A stretch of DNA of 64,000 nt from Adineta vaga (lineage: Eukaryota > Animalia > Rotifera). The stretch lies in the NCBI GenBank assembly GCA_021613535.1, contig CP075497.1, positions 1,798,001-1,862,000 on the forward strand. Direction: 5' to 3'. The number at the start of each line of letters is the position of its first letter. The first letter of the stretch is position 1. The position numbers and the translations under genes are program-made. The notes beneath the pieces were generated by a model. It was not told the DNA's origin, ran no database searches, and worked only from the letters and a program-made list of their open reading frames with translations. Below are positions 39,234 through 52,515 of the stretch, piece after piece.

Positions 39234-39962
39234 ATGAATAAAACTCTTTTAGAAACATATCGAGATTGTCCATTATGTTTAAAACTTCTCTATGAACCAG
39301 TTTCCACATTATGTGGTCATACATTTTGTTTATTATGTCTTGAACGTTTTCTAATTGCATCTGATTCGATATTAAAATGTCCTATATGTCGTGTTGATTT
39401 AACTTATCTTCGTTCATGTTCAAATCAATTGAAAACAAATACAATTCTTCATAATCTTTTTCGTGAAATCTATGGAAATGAATATGAACTTCGACGAAAT
39501 GAATTTGAAAATGAAAGAAAAAATATTATAAAGAAACGTTTAATTATTGGTAATACACATCAGTTATTACCATGTGATTATCATCATAAACAACATGAAT
39601 GGAGTTTATTTATTAAATTTGAAAATGATGAAGAAAATCCTGATGAAATTAGTGAATATATTAAACAAATTCAAATTCATTTACATCCAACTTTTTCTCC
39701 ATCACAAATTATTTTGGATAAACCACCATTTCGACTAACAAGAATTGGATGGTAGAAATAAAATGTTTTCTTGAAAGAGAAATTAGTTGTGAAGTTTTTG
39801 TTTAGGGGAGTTTTTACTGTTCAAATTTCAATTGAATTTCAAGGCAAATGGAATAAATCAGATTTAATAACAAATTGGTTTTTATCATTTACAAATATGG
39901 GGAATCAAAAATCAATAGAAATTGGCTTTCAAAAATCATCTGATCAAATCAGTATCAATTAA
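39234..39962 (+). CDS. RING-HC + YEATS domain protein, copy 2
   Basis: Near-identical to 30737-31468 with a different C-terminal tail. Confidence 0.88.
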
Positions 39963-40401
39963 TTTATCATACAATTGTTTTGTACATAGAATATATTCTT
40001 AAACATCTCTTTCTCTCTCTCCCTATATATATATATATATATTTTTGTTGTTTATAGAAGAAATAACGTTTAGAAGTTTAGATTTATTAAATAAATGAAT
40101 CAATATAGAAAATCTTTATCAACTTTTGATAATGTACGATTGAATAATATTGATCGTGATTCATACAATTTTTCTTTATTACGACGATAATTTTGTGTCT
40201 ATAGTGAGTGATTGAAACTATCTTATTTTGCTATATTTTATTACAATAATGATCGATAATCATTAATGTTAGAAGAAACAAACTTGAAATACTTTATATT
40301 GAAATAATACAATTTCTGTAAAATGCTTTTATACAAAACAGGATTCTTTTAACATATTGTACTATTAGTATTTTTTATGATATGATAACTAAACTATCGA
40401 T

Positions 40402-40738
40402 TTAGAAGAAAGATCCGCCACCCATTCCCCCATTATAACCATATGAAGATCCATAATTTCCAAAACCTCCTGGTCCGCCAAAACCTCCCATTCCACCAAA
40501 GCCTCCTGGCCCACCAAAACCTCCCATTCCACCACCAAAACCTCCTGGTCCACCGAAACCTCCCATTCCACCGCCATGACCTCCCATTCCACCAAAGCCT
40601 CCTGGCCCACCAAAACCTCCCATTCCGCCACCAAAACCTCCCATTCCACCTCCATGTCCTAATTTTATATATCAGAATTAATCAAAAAGGAATAAATATT
40701 TATTTACCATGATGGTGATGATGATGACCGCCAAACAT
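40402..40738 (-). CDS. 95-aa His6-leader, glycine-rich low-complexity protein, 2 exons
   Basis: Exon 40738-40708 (MFGGHHHHHH-G) splices in frame to exon 40658-40402 (GHGGGMGGFGG[PM]GG repeats ... GGSFF*). Confidence 0.75.
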
Positions 40739-42218
40739 CTTGTTATTTACTGTGTATTAAGAATAAACGATAGAGAAGGTAAAAAAAACGAAAATATATA
40801 TTTCAAATGCGAAAATTCGCAAGCATTTATACCCTTAAAATATGTTCTTAACTACTTTGACCTATCGTCATTATTTTATGAAAAAGTACAAATATTTTCT
40901 CATGCGTATCGCTTCCTTTCATATCATTAGCTTATAAAAAATATCGTCCTCAAACAAAATATTTTTGTGTGAATAATAATCATTGAAGCATCGATTACTC
41001 ACTCGACGCATCGTTTAACTTTAGACACACCTACGATAAACATTCTAAATATTACCAATCTTTATAATAACCAAGTTAAAAAAATTACCCAATCAACATT
41101 AATTTTTCAATATTCATCTGATTTTCATATCTAATGATCATCTTGTCATACTGAAAACTTCACTCTTATATGTGATCGAATGATTAAGCAATTATTTTTC
41201 TATTTTTGCATATAATTTATCATTCGAAATAATTTCCAAGATATTGATCTCTATAGCGACAAATAATGTTATTATACAAAGTTACCTTTTCATCAGATAG
41301 AATCTTAGTGATAAATTTGATAGTTCATTCGAAGAATAGTTATTCTCTGAGCGAATCTTTGACAATGAGAAATTACAATGTTCTTAAAATAATGACGACG
41401 ACACTACCCTTGCTGTAGACGAACGCGAAGAAGAGAGGAAGAAAAGGGTTAAAAAACACATGTATCCACTATGAATAATGAAAACTACTTCATGAAAAGA
41501 ATACCATTGACATCGAAAAAAAAACTTTTTTTACACCTAAATTGGTGAATTTAATATTTTTCCTTTCTCAGATACGATACAAAGACTCGATATGATTGAT
41601 TCAGCGTTATTACGCAGTGCACAATTTCATCTGAAAATCAAAAATCGTAGGTTTAATTGTAACTTATTGTTTACATATCCACATACCTCTTAAAAATAGA
41701 TCCGCCCAACATAAAATCCAAGGACAAATTATATTTATGTCCGTTGTTTTTGATTTCGTTTCTATTCAATATTATGCTATTTTCCTTGTCAGATTTCTGT
41801 TTGTTTTTCTAAATTCTAGATTAAATTCACCTTTACTACACAAATTCGCGACTTGATTAAACTGACAGAAATCTGGGTAAGTGCGATTTCTAATTTTTGT
41901 TTTCACTCACATTATTGTTCTTCAAGTCACAGTATAGGTGACTATGGGCTGTCTTTTGCAATATATCCATTTCCATGGCATCAAGATTACGTGATAAAAA
42001 CAATGAATATGACTTTGCTGTTACTTTTCTGTGAGTTTCAAACAATAGATGTGGTGAATATTGAAGCTTGTACAAAAGCAAACAACGGAAGAAATGATGA
42101 ATATCAATATAGAGAAAACATTTATTATTTCATAGAAAAAGAAAAAAAACGAAGAAAAAAGTATTTATTCTAATGAAATCACAAATATTTGGCAAAAAAT
42201 ACTCTTCATATAAGATAT

Positions 42219-45200
42219 TTAAATAATCGTTGTATTTGTTTTTATTGTATCTGAATTAATTAATTGTCGAATTTGTACTAAGAGATGATGAACAGGTAAT
42301 AAAACGCTCACATGATTTTCTCCAATATGTTGATTTATCTAAATAAAAATTGTGAATTCTAGTGAAAAATATGCTTAAAAAATGAATATACCATTTCACT
42401 ATTTAATTCATAAAATTGATAAAGTTTAAAAAGACATTCAATCGCTGTTTGATCTGCAAGTATCAATGATCGAATATCCATCGATGATAATAATAAAGAA
42501 TTTCTTAAAGGTGGTGCTGACAATTGAAATGTATTTGTATTCAATGGTGAAAAATATTGTTGATCATCTTCAAACAATTCTCGAATTTGTTTCGAAATAT
42601 TTTTATCATTAATATGAAAAATAAATTCTAAACCATCAGCAATAACATTTAAACATGATTGAATTATAAGACAATTGGATCTTGATAATAATAGATGATG
42701 TAAATTTCGAATAAGATCACTAATTAATTGAATATATTCATTGAATGAATCAATTGAAAGATATTTTATCCCATGGAGAAGATTTTGATAAAAATTTCGT
42801 AAAATTTTCTCATTAAATTCCTTTTTATTTTCTTTCAATTGTTTAAGAAGAAGCATTTCATCTTCAATACATGGATTTTCTTTACATAGATGATATGTAT
42901 AAATATTTGATGATGAATTTGAAAATTGATTCCATGAAGATTGTTTTCGACAAAGAATTGATGAATTAATTGCATAATGTTTTAATTGAGGAATTTCTTC
43001 TTTACATAAACAAAGACTTAATGATGGAAGAAATAAATCAATTGAATCCGATGAATTTAAATAATGAAGAATCTTCTTTTTCAATTGATCAATTGTATCA
43101 CAAGTCAAAACATTTAAAGGAAAATGAAATTGATTTTCATAATTAATCGATATTTGATATGAATGATAATCAAGTTTGGAATTGTATAATAATGTTTCGA
43201 GTGAAAGAGATTTAGTTGCACGATGTAATAATTGATCACATGGACCAGAATCAAGAAAATCAATAAGATTATCAAGTAAATTATCAAATAAATGAAAGAT
43301 TTCAATTAAATTCGTTTTCGATTGAAGAAAATATGTGGAAAGAAATTTGTAAAAATTTATTTGACGTGTTGATGGAAATCGTTGGAAATTTATGGGAGAA
43401 TAACGAAAGATATATAGATAATATTTATATAATTCAGGATCATTTCTGATCAATAATTGATCGATAAATGCTTCAGAAAATGGTGTCATACCAAGTAAAT
43501 CATAGAAATATTCCATTGATTGACGACGATTCGATGAATTTATTCTACAAAATAAAGAAATTTTATTAGATATAAATTCTAAAAAATTAATAAAATGGTT
43601 TTACTTGATATTTGATGTATGAATAAGTTTTTTTAATCGTTCATGTTCAACAGAAATTGTTTTTAAAAATGTTGATTTCGTTTGTAATTGTTGTATCAAT
43701 GATAATGATGAATAATTTTGATGATATGGACAAACAATCAATGGTGTACGTGTCAATGTATTTTGATGTGATGAAGATGATGATATCTGTTCATAAACTT
43801 GATAATAAAGTCCAGCATTTGCTGATGTTGTCGACCAAAATGTTTTTTCAGGTTTTGGTTCATTCGATGTAATTGGAGATAAAGTTAAAGGTTTTTCTTG
43901 AGATTTTTTGTATTTAAAATACAAACAAATAATTAATGTTAATAAAGCAACTGTTAATAGACAACTTGCAATAGATAAATAGATGATTGTTCCAACTGAA
44001 TAACGTGATGAGGAAGAAAATAAATGTTTATAGGATAAATAACCAATTAAATATTCACGAAAACCAATACGAAAACGAATTGGACCAATTGAAGAATTAT
44101 ACATTGAACAATCAACTTGAAAACAAAAGGATAAAATCGAGAAATCTTTTCTTTTTTTTAAAAACAAACCTTGAGATTGTTGATTATTCAAAAGTAATGG
44201 AACATTAGTTGTTAATTGATTTGGTGGTTGACAAGTAATAACTTTTGATGTAAAAGTTTTCAATTGACATTGAGTACAACCAATTAATAATTGTATATCA
44301 TCTATTGATGCTGCTTCAGTGAGATTTTCGACTTGTAATCGAAGTTCTTCACCTGTATAAGATAATGTTGGAGGAATAAGGGAAATATTTAGCAAAACAT
44401 CTGATATATAATGAAATTGAAGAAGATTTGGTAGAAGAATTAAATTATCGAAATTAAGAGAAAAATCGACGTCAATTGGTGGAGAATTGAATTCATTGGA
44501 TGGTGAAGGTATTCCTGGTGTACGGAAAGTTAATGAAGAAATGATTCCATCAGCAGATGAAGTTATATCCATTGGATTGATCTTTAATATAAAAAAATTC
44601 AATTTAGATTCAAAATCATAATGAAAAACAAACATACTTTTAATTTCGTATTCCATTTTCGATATGAAAATTCTACATTGATGTTTTGTGCAGAACCAAA
44701 ATACATTCCACGAATCGTTATTAATCGACCACCACTAGATAGATGAATAGTAAATCAAACTCCAATCTAAAAAGAATTCGTCGAACTAACCTTGCAAAAC
44801 TATTTATTGGATTAATATCTTGTACAATTGGATTTGGTGTTACTTTCAATTGAATTCCATTATTTAAAATCGTTTTCTTATCAATAATAATTGTCATATT
44901 ATAAAATCCAGATGAGACGGATGGTAAACGACATGTTAAACTATTTCGATTTGTTTGTTTAATAATTAAACATTGTGTATTTCCAATAAGAATTTCTTGG
45001 AGATTTCCAATGAGAAGATTATTTCCATTGATCTGAAGAATTTGTCCACCGAATTCATAAACAATTAATGGATTAAATGAATGAATTGTTGATCGACGAT
45101 ATTCAATAGATTGTTTCGAGAAAATTGAAATCGAATTTTCCAATTGAATTTTAATAAAACCTTTTCGAGAAGAATTCGATGGATTCGATTGACATTGAAT

Positions 45201-48200
45201 TCGATTCGACGTTTGAATGATCAAACAAGGAATATCTGCGAGTGTAATTTCACTTATTTTTTCATTCAAATTTTCATTGAGATCAATGATAACAAGTGTT
45301 TCACCATATAATGGAAGAATTTTCGGTGAAAAATCTTGAATTTTTAATGATGTACATAGAGAATCTTGTAAACATTGATTCTCTTGTTTTGTAAAACATT
45401 TTCCTTGACACCAAGAACATGTTGAACGTAATTGACATTGATCACATGAATCATAAAGATCACAACGATATAAATTGACTTTGATAGGATTACCAATTGA
45501 AATATTATTTTCATAAATTGATAAATAAAACAATTGATCGATTGTATTGACAAGATCTTTAGGAAGATTTGATAATTGACAAATATGATTTTCATTAATA
45601 AATCCAGAAATTGTTTCATTCAAACGACAAATTAATTTCGATTGAATTACATTGGAAAATTTCAATGGAATTTCAATAAATTGATTAAATTCAATAAATC
45701 TATTCGACGAATTCAATAGATTAAATGATGAACATTGTTTCGAATTATTTTCATTACAAATCGATGAACAACGATCAGAACACCAATAACAATTGGATTT
45801 CAATTGACATGTTTCACATGAGAAATACGAAGAACAATCATAAAATGTAAAATTCGTTATGGTTGCAATACTTGTATTCGATGGCCATTTTATAACAGAT
45901 AAACGAACTTGAAATTCATCTCCTAAAAAAAATAAACCAATTCATCATTATTTTTAATTAACAAGTGCAATATTTTAGGTATGATAATAAAACTAACAAT
46001 TGTTCCGTGTGATATCAAATGGTACACAGACAATTAATCTTGAGACGAAATTTACATAATATAATTTCATATCAATTGTTATTTATAATGAAAAAAAGTC
46101 AATTTTATATCATCCAATGTTAATCTGTCTGGTAAAAATCAACTTGAATTCATTCTTACCTAATTTTTGATGAAGATTAGTTCGTTCGAAATCATTCAAT
46201 GGCGTAGGACACGATAATCGATTTGAATCTAATTTAATTGCTTGTGTATTGAAGGAAAGAAATCGATTGGAGAAAATACATTGATAGATTTCAGTATGTT
46301 CTAATTGTGGTAATTTTGATAGAGTTAAATTAATCTATTCGATATACAAGAATACGATTATTGAACGATGAAAACAAGAAAAGAACAAATTCGTTAACAA
46401 ACCCATTGATTTTGATCGAGTGAAGCCTTTAATGGTTGAACATTAAGCATTTGTATACATTGATTGGTCTCTTGTTGCCAAGAATTCTTTGGGCAATCAT
46501 TTAATACTGTACATCTATATAAAACGGAAATATATCTTTTTTAGTCTAGACATACATTTTCTTTTCCGTAAATTATTGATCTCTAAAGTACAGATGGTTC
46601 ATTTCTTTCTAGATTATATAAAATACACCGAAGCGGAATTAACCCATTGAACAATTAGTATCGGTACACCCGCTGACACTCAATGTGACAGTTTATTTTT
46701 ATTCATCCTTTCATTGATGAACAATGTCACAATGGGTGTTTGATAAATTGTCATGAACAGCTCGTTTTAATGTTCACAATCTATTCTTACCTTTCACTTG
46801 TTGTACACCATCCACAAAATAGATTCATTGATGAAGATAAACATTCATCACATGATAAACGTGATGAACAATCCGAAGAAAATGATAAACGATAGATCTA
46901 AATAATTAGAAAAAAATCCTTTTTAATTAATTAAACAAATAGTTTTTCAATGCACCTTTGATCCAGATGAGAGAATAAAACTTGCACTACGATTATCAAA
47001 TAACATTTCCGATAGAATTGGTAAATGACTTGGTAATTGATATGAATATATCCAATTAATATTCAATAGAAAATCCAATATTCCCTGAAAACAAAATAGA
47101 TATCATGTCTTTAATCGCGTCATTTGAGCTATTGTTAATATCATTCTGTTCTTCTCTTCATCCATTACTTAAACTAAAACAAAAATGTCCTCCGGCGTTT
47201 TTTCTCTTCATATTCAAACAATACAAATTGTATCGTAGACACCCTTAAGAAGAAATGAGTATGTATATCCATTTGAGCATCTCTTTATTAAAATGGAATG
47301 TGTTTTGATTTGATTGATGAAACACTTACCAATTTAAAAGTACCATTGGTTAATCCTTGTAAAAAAAGAATTGATGAACCGAATGAATACAGCTGTATAC
47401 CGTTCGAATTCTCAAATGAATTCTCATAAAATAATCGACCGATAATTGGATTCATTCCTCCAACAGGATATGGTAACCGATCACTAATTATCCATGGACA
47501 TATATCATCATCTCTCATTCCAATTGACCAACTCTACAAGAAGAAGAAAACAATGAAAAAAATCTTTATTTGAAGTTTTACGTTTACATCATCTTTTCGA
47601 CAAGGTTCATTTGGTTTGATGAAACTTAATCCACGTTGTCCAATTCCTGATGAATAACAATTTTGATAATTATCATGAAAAGCTTTATCAATTTCATTCG
47701 AAATCTTCCATGAACAAAGATTTGTACCGTTAGAACCATCACGTTTATGAAAAAGGCCAATTAAAATCATTTGATCATTCGAATCAAGAATTGTTTGAGC
47801 TGATTTTAGAATCCAATCCGAATTGGAACAAATCAAAGGCATTTCTGAATATGAACGAATGATTGACGTCGATGAATTTCGACAAAAACGGATGATTTTA
47901 GTAATTATGATCGTTTGATCGAGATCATGAGGTTGATTTGTTAGAAAATAGATATAATTCTTTTGATAAAATGAATAAATATATTGAACAATAAATGTCG
48001 TTTGTTGTCGAGGCATAAAACGAAGTGATAAATCATCGCGTGAGATTGTTTCATCATCATTGATTGATAAAATTTTCATAAAATTTGTTAAATTTAACGA
48101 ACGTCCAGAAATATTTGGTATTTGCCATCGATATAAACCTTCATTTGTATAAGTTACACCGAAATAAATGAGATTTTTCTCAGGAATAATTAATCCAATT

Positions 48201-48559
48201 GTACTATTGATTGGATCATTCGCAACAATTGGTAAAGATGAATTGATAATTAAATGAAAATCTTTATCTATTAATTGACATAAACCTTGATGAAATGTTC
48301 CACAAACAAGTAAATGATTTTCATTAATTAAAAATAAAATTTTAAAATGATTCTTTGTTGGTAATTCAAATGAAGTTTGAAGTTTTGTTAAATTTGTTGC
48401 AGATAAACGATGAAGAAGATTTTCTGTTCCAATAAATAACTCATTTCGATTGAAAAGAATCTTTTCAATGGAATGATATAAATCTTTTTCTATTAAATCT
48501 ACTTTGATTCCATTTATAGTTAAAAGAAACGAATTGAATAATAGAATAATCATCCACAT
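42219..48559 (-). CDS. Divergent plexin-like receptor (Sema, PSI, IPT/TIG, TM, degenerate cytoplasmic domain), multi-exon
   Basis: Signal peptide, LLVCGTFHQGLC, SYSEMPLIC, PSI repeats (CGWC, CYWC, CSWC), IPT repeats (FSPKILPLYGET, GGQILQINGNNL), TM helix, RBD-like LTCDTIDQLKKKIL. Confidence 0.85.
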
Positions 48560-49801
48560 TCTAAACGTAAGAAGTTGATTTGAATTGCACATACTTGTCT
48601 ACTTCAACATCGATCTATATGAAGATATTCGACTTGTCAATTTGAACGAAGAGAAAGAGAAATGCTGCCACCGTGGTGGTCGTCGTCATTCTCGTCCGTT
48701 GATTCTCTTTTCTTTCGGTCATCGAAGAACGAAAGAAAGAAAGAAGGAAAGGAAGAAAGATACGATCATACAGAAGGCAATTAATGACAAATAAAATGAA
48801 ATTTTATGACAGACAAAAATGATAGATGAAAACAAATCTCATCACGTTCCAGATGATTTGTCAAGATTTTTCCCATGTGTCCAATCAATACTTTTTTTTC
48901 TTTTGATTTTTCATTGAAATAAACAAAAATCAAATTGATGAGAAGATTTTCAATCTGTCGTATTTCAAATCTATTCATTTCCCTTTCACGTCTAACACAA
49001 TCTCTTCGCAAATTAGCACATTTTGATTAAATGAGATTAACAGCATTTCACATATGAATGAGAATTGAAAGAATGCGATGTAATACCTAAAATAGCCTTA
49101 CGAGATCGATATTTGATCAGGTTAAGTGATTATGATGGATATACTGATTTGTAAGTTATTTAAATGGACAATAGAAGATGAAGTGTCGTCCATTTAAGAA
49201 GTAAACATATGGTTCATAGCACTTCTCAATTTGTTATTCGTCGAAAAATAAGAATAATAAATGAAAGAATTCGTCATTTCAAGTATTGATTTTTATCAAT
49301 TTCTTTCTTCAGACAAACAGAAAACTATAAGGAGGAAGAAATGTCAAAGATAAGTTGATATTTATCTCGATTATTTTCTTGTAGATGAAAGTGATCAACA
49401 TCAAGTAAAGAGTGTCTCTTATGTCAATCCCAATGGATATTAACATGACAGAAGAATCGAAATTACATTCAAACGTTTCTATACTATCCATGAGATTGAT
49501 TCTAACTTTATTTATCTTCTCTCTGTCTCACATCTGTTGATTGACACTCATGTACATGAACAAATGTATATTGTTTTTGTAAACGATATGGATCGCTGTG
49601 AGAGATGAGATACCAGAACAAAAAAAAAAGAAAATGAATAAGAGATTACTCTCGTGTATTTTTAATGATACGAGAAAAAAAGGCAATCTGTGATCTTTAG
49701 GAGAAAAAATGGCGAATATAGAAAATTGTGATCAACAATCATTGTCATTTTGATATTCTCTTAGCGGAAGATTTCTTCATTGGATTATAAAGCAAACAAA
49801 A

Positions 49802-50655
49802 ATGGTTGTTGAAGTAATGTTAATAAGCATCATTGCTGTTTGATCAATTGAAAGTTGTACAAATTTTTTAGGGACGTCCATTAACAGAAGAAGAGAAGAA
49901 AGCTCACAAGAAAGCTGATCGTGAACGTAAACGTCAAGAAGCTCGTGATGCGGCGGAAAAAAAGAAACGTTTTGCATTAACACCTGAAAAAAAACGTAAA
50001 TTACGGGTTCGTTTTGTTGTTTTCACAAAAGAATGAATCAATGGAAAGTTTTCTTTAGCTTTTGATTATGAAAATGGCAACAGAAAATATCAAAGATGCT
50101 GCAGATAAACGTTCAGCTGCTCGTCAAAATTACATCGATGAACGTGTTAAACCAGCTCCGAATGATTACAATAGTCTCAATGAAGCAAATCTTGTTTCAT
50201 TAGTTAAAGAACTTTATAAAAAATTAGCAGATGCTGAAGAACAAAAATATGATATGGAAATGAAAATTCGTAAACAAGATTATGATGTAAAAGAGATTTG
50301 AAAGTGTTAAAAGAGTGAAATTTTATCTTTGAATTTTAGATTAATGAATTAACGATCAAAGTAAATGATGCAAAAGGAAAATTTATTAAACCAACATTGA
50401 AAAAAGTATCGAAAACAACACAAAAGTAAGAAGAAGAGATATGTCTCTTTTTTTGTTTTGGAAAGAAAAATTTTTCAATTTAGAATTCAAAAATTACAAA
50501 AACCCAAAGAAGAAGAAATTGATTTTCGTGCTCATCTTAAACAATCAACGAATAAATTCGCATTGAAAGATGAACATAAAGATGAAGATAAAGTCAATTT
50601 TCGCGAACAAGTTCAATTAAAATCATCCAAAGAACATCATCATGAAGATGAATAA
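49802..50655 (+). CDS. Troponin I (invertebrate type), copy 1, 5 exons
   Basis: LTPEKKRKLR-LLIMKMATE, EEQKYDME..IRKQDYD-INELTIKVNDAKGKFIKPTLKKVSK, STNKFALK. Confidence 0.9.
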
Positions 50656-51276
50656 AACAAAAAAAAACCTTCGTTTCTATTTTGTTTCAAGACTTCCTCC
50701 ATTTTTCATTCTTTTAGTTTATACCATCGTAGAACAAATAAACAATCAAAATCTTTCCTTTTATGAAGATTTTCGATGAGCATATTGTGAAAAGCTTGAA
50801 TATATGAAACGAAAAAAAGGATCAGATTGCTTGAGTCTTAAGAGGAATTTCTTATTGTAATTTATTATCTTGGAAGAATAAGAAACGATAGAAGAACGAG
50901 ATATTTCTTTCTCGTCTCATCGGGCTGTTCTATATCTATCTGTACTGATTTACGCATAAGTATACGACAGAAAAGAACAATAACGAGTTTTTCTTTTATG
51001 TCGTCGAGTAGATAGATAGATAGAGAGAGAGATTTCCTTTTTTCTTCTCCTACCATTAATTCTTCGTATATCTTCTCCGTGCAGATATTTTGGGAATACA
51101 ACCACATCAACGGCTTATTTCCTCCCACTGTTGGTCTATTTTTTTCCTTTTCTGGCCTATACGTGGGTTAATATTCCGAAGAGGAAGTGTTTGTTTCTAA
51201 CATCGTCAACTATCCAATATAGATCTCATTTCTTTCTCGTTTATTACGTTACAAAATCAAGAAAACAAACTGAAAC

Positions 51277-52378
51277 ATGGCTGACGAGGTATACACAAAG
51301 AATTTCTCAAGAAAATTATCCGAAATACAATATCGTGCATGATTGATTTGAAACGATATTTAATTCATGAAATTTTCAAGTTGCATGTAATAGATTCTTT
51401 TGCACGATTATATAATCAAGAAAGAGGAAAAAATATGCCTGAAATGAATTATTATCTATAGCATGGCATGTTTTAACTAAACAAAATAAGGTCATTTGAA
51501 AATGTCGATTTGTAAAATCAACTTGTAAAATGATATCTTCATAGGATCGATCATTGACTGAAAATGAAAAGAAAGCTCGCAAGAAAGCTGATCGTGAACG
51601 TAAACGTCAAGAAGCTCGTGATGCGGCAGAAAAAAAGAAACGTTTTGGTTTAACACCAGAAAAAAAACGTAAATTACGGGTGCGTTTTGTTGTTTTCACA
51701 AAAGAATGAATCAATGGAAAGTTTTCTTTAGCTTTTGATTATGAAAATGGCAACAGATAATCTTAAAGGTGAACAACAACGTCGTTTGGAAGTACGAAAG
51801 AATTATATTGAACAACGTTTAAAACCTCTTGATGATGTTCATTCAATGAGTGATGGTAAATAAAGGAAATTTAGCGAAAATTTTCGATGAAAATTCTTCT
51901 GTCTTTTTTTTTAGCTCAACTCAAAACACTTTGTCAAGAACTTCATAATCAATTGAAAGCAACGGAAGAAAGTCGTTATGATTTAGAATTTCGAGTTCGA
52001 AAACAAGATTATGATGTAAGAATAGAATTGAATTTTTAACTTCGAATGTTTCTATCTGAATTCTAGATCAATGAATTAACGATCAAAGTTAATGATGCGA
52101 AAGGAAAATTTGTCAAACCATCATTGAAAAAAGTCTCGAAAACTGAACAAAAGTAAGTTATTGTTTCTTGACAAAAAAATGAGTCTATTGGTTTTTGAAT
52201 TAGATTGAATAAAATAAAAAAACCAAAAGAAGATGAACCAAATTTTATTAATATGGCTAATTTAAAACAATCAACCAATAAATTTGCTTTGAAAGAAGAA
52301 CAAAAAGAAGACGAAAAAGTCAAGTTTCGTGATCAAGTTCAATTAAAATCTGCTAAAGAACATAAAGATGAAGAATAA
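51277..52378 (+). CDS. Troponin I, copy 2, multi-exon
   Basis: First micro-exon MADE. Same motifs as copy 1 (GKFVKPSLKKVSK). Confidence 0.88.
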
Positions 52379-52515
52379 ATTCTTCCTTATCATATTCATT
52401 TTTAACAAATCTACTAAACTTTTGTTTTTAATTTTCTTTTCTCAACCCTTTTTGTCTTCTCTATTCTTCATCTATTATTATTCACTATGATTATATGTAG
52501 AAAAAAAAGAAAACT

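Noticed and set aside
40402-40655. Tandem short repeats that might suggest a CRISPR array or satellite
   Set aside because: They are the codons of the Gly-rich protein. There are no unique spacers and no cas genes, and the context is eukaryotic.
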